Origin: Macrostomum lignano
Lineage: Eukaryota
DNA: 32,685 bases
NCBI GenBank assembly: GCA_002269645.1
Contig: NIVC01002614.1
Span: 1-32,685 of the forward strand
Reading direction: 5' to 3'
This document shows positions 32,560 to 32,685 of the stretch, piece by piece (within the stretch, counting starts at the first letter, position 1; each line of letters opens with the position of its first letter). The notes under the pieces are model-generated. The model had not been told where the DNA came from. It ran no database searches and saw only the letters and a program-made list of their open reading frames with translations. Position numbers and translations under genes: made by a program.

Positions 32560-32685
32560 GAGAATGCAGGAGAATGCAGGAGAATGCAGGAGAATTGCAG
32601 GAGAGAATGCAGGGAGAATGCAGGGAGAATGCAGGCGAGAATGCAGGGAGAATGCCAGGAGAATGCAGGGAGAATGCAGGGAGAA
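32560..32685. repeat. Short-period repeat GAGAATGCAGG(G), 10-13 bp units, running off the window end
   Basis: Read directly. Confidence 0.93.

Overview
Eukaryotic (metazoan) genomic window. GC-rich long exons, minisatellite-filled introns and AT-rich TE relics suggest a flatworm such as Macrostomum, but the species is an inference. (1) A clear CEP164 gene lies on + with two coding exons (15941/16003-18994 and 25390-26089), a 6.4-kb intron and one single-base frameshift at 18241-18246. (2) A multi-exon gene that the ORF track mostly misses lies on -, from about 32100 down to about 11300. Its exons translate, in the right order, to segments resembling the meiotic XPF-like ZMM protein SHOC1/C9orf84 (Zip2). 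This resemblance is from memory and is unverified. The two genes are mutually interleaved: each has exons inside the other's introns. (3) An unrecognised acidic three-exon gene lies on - (1877-370) with several frameshifts. (4) An AT-rich, CpG-poor island (about 1950-9300) holds a mariner relic split by a hairpin MITE, an internally deleted mariner with TIRs, a hAT-like relic and a probable solo LTR. (5) There are at least 12 unrelated tandem arrays, roughly one per intron, including a 2-kb G4-type purine tract and an 8-copy TGACGTCA array. No rRNA, tRNA or CRISPR was seen. Indels in all three genes point to consensus errors or a decaying duplicate; the sequence alone cannot separate these.
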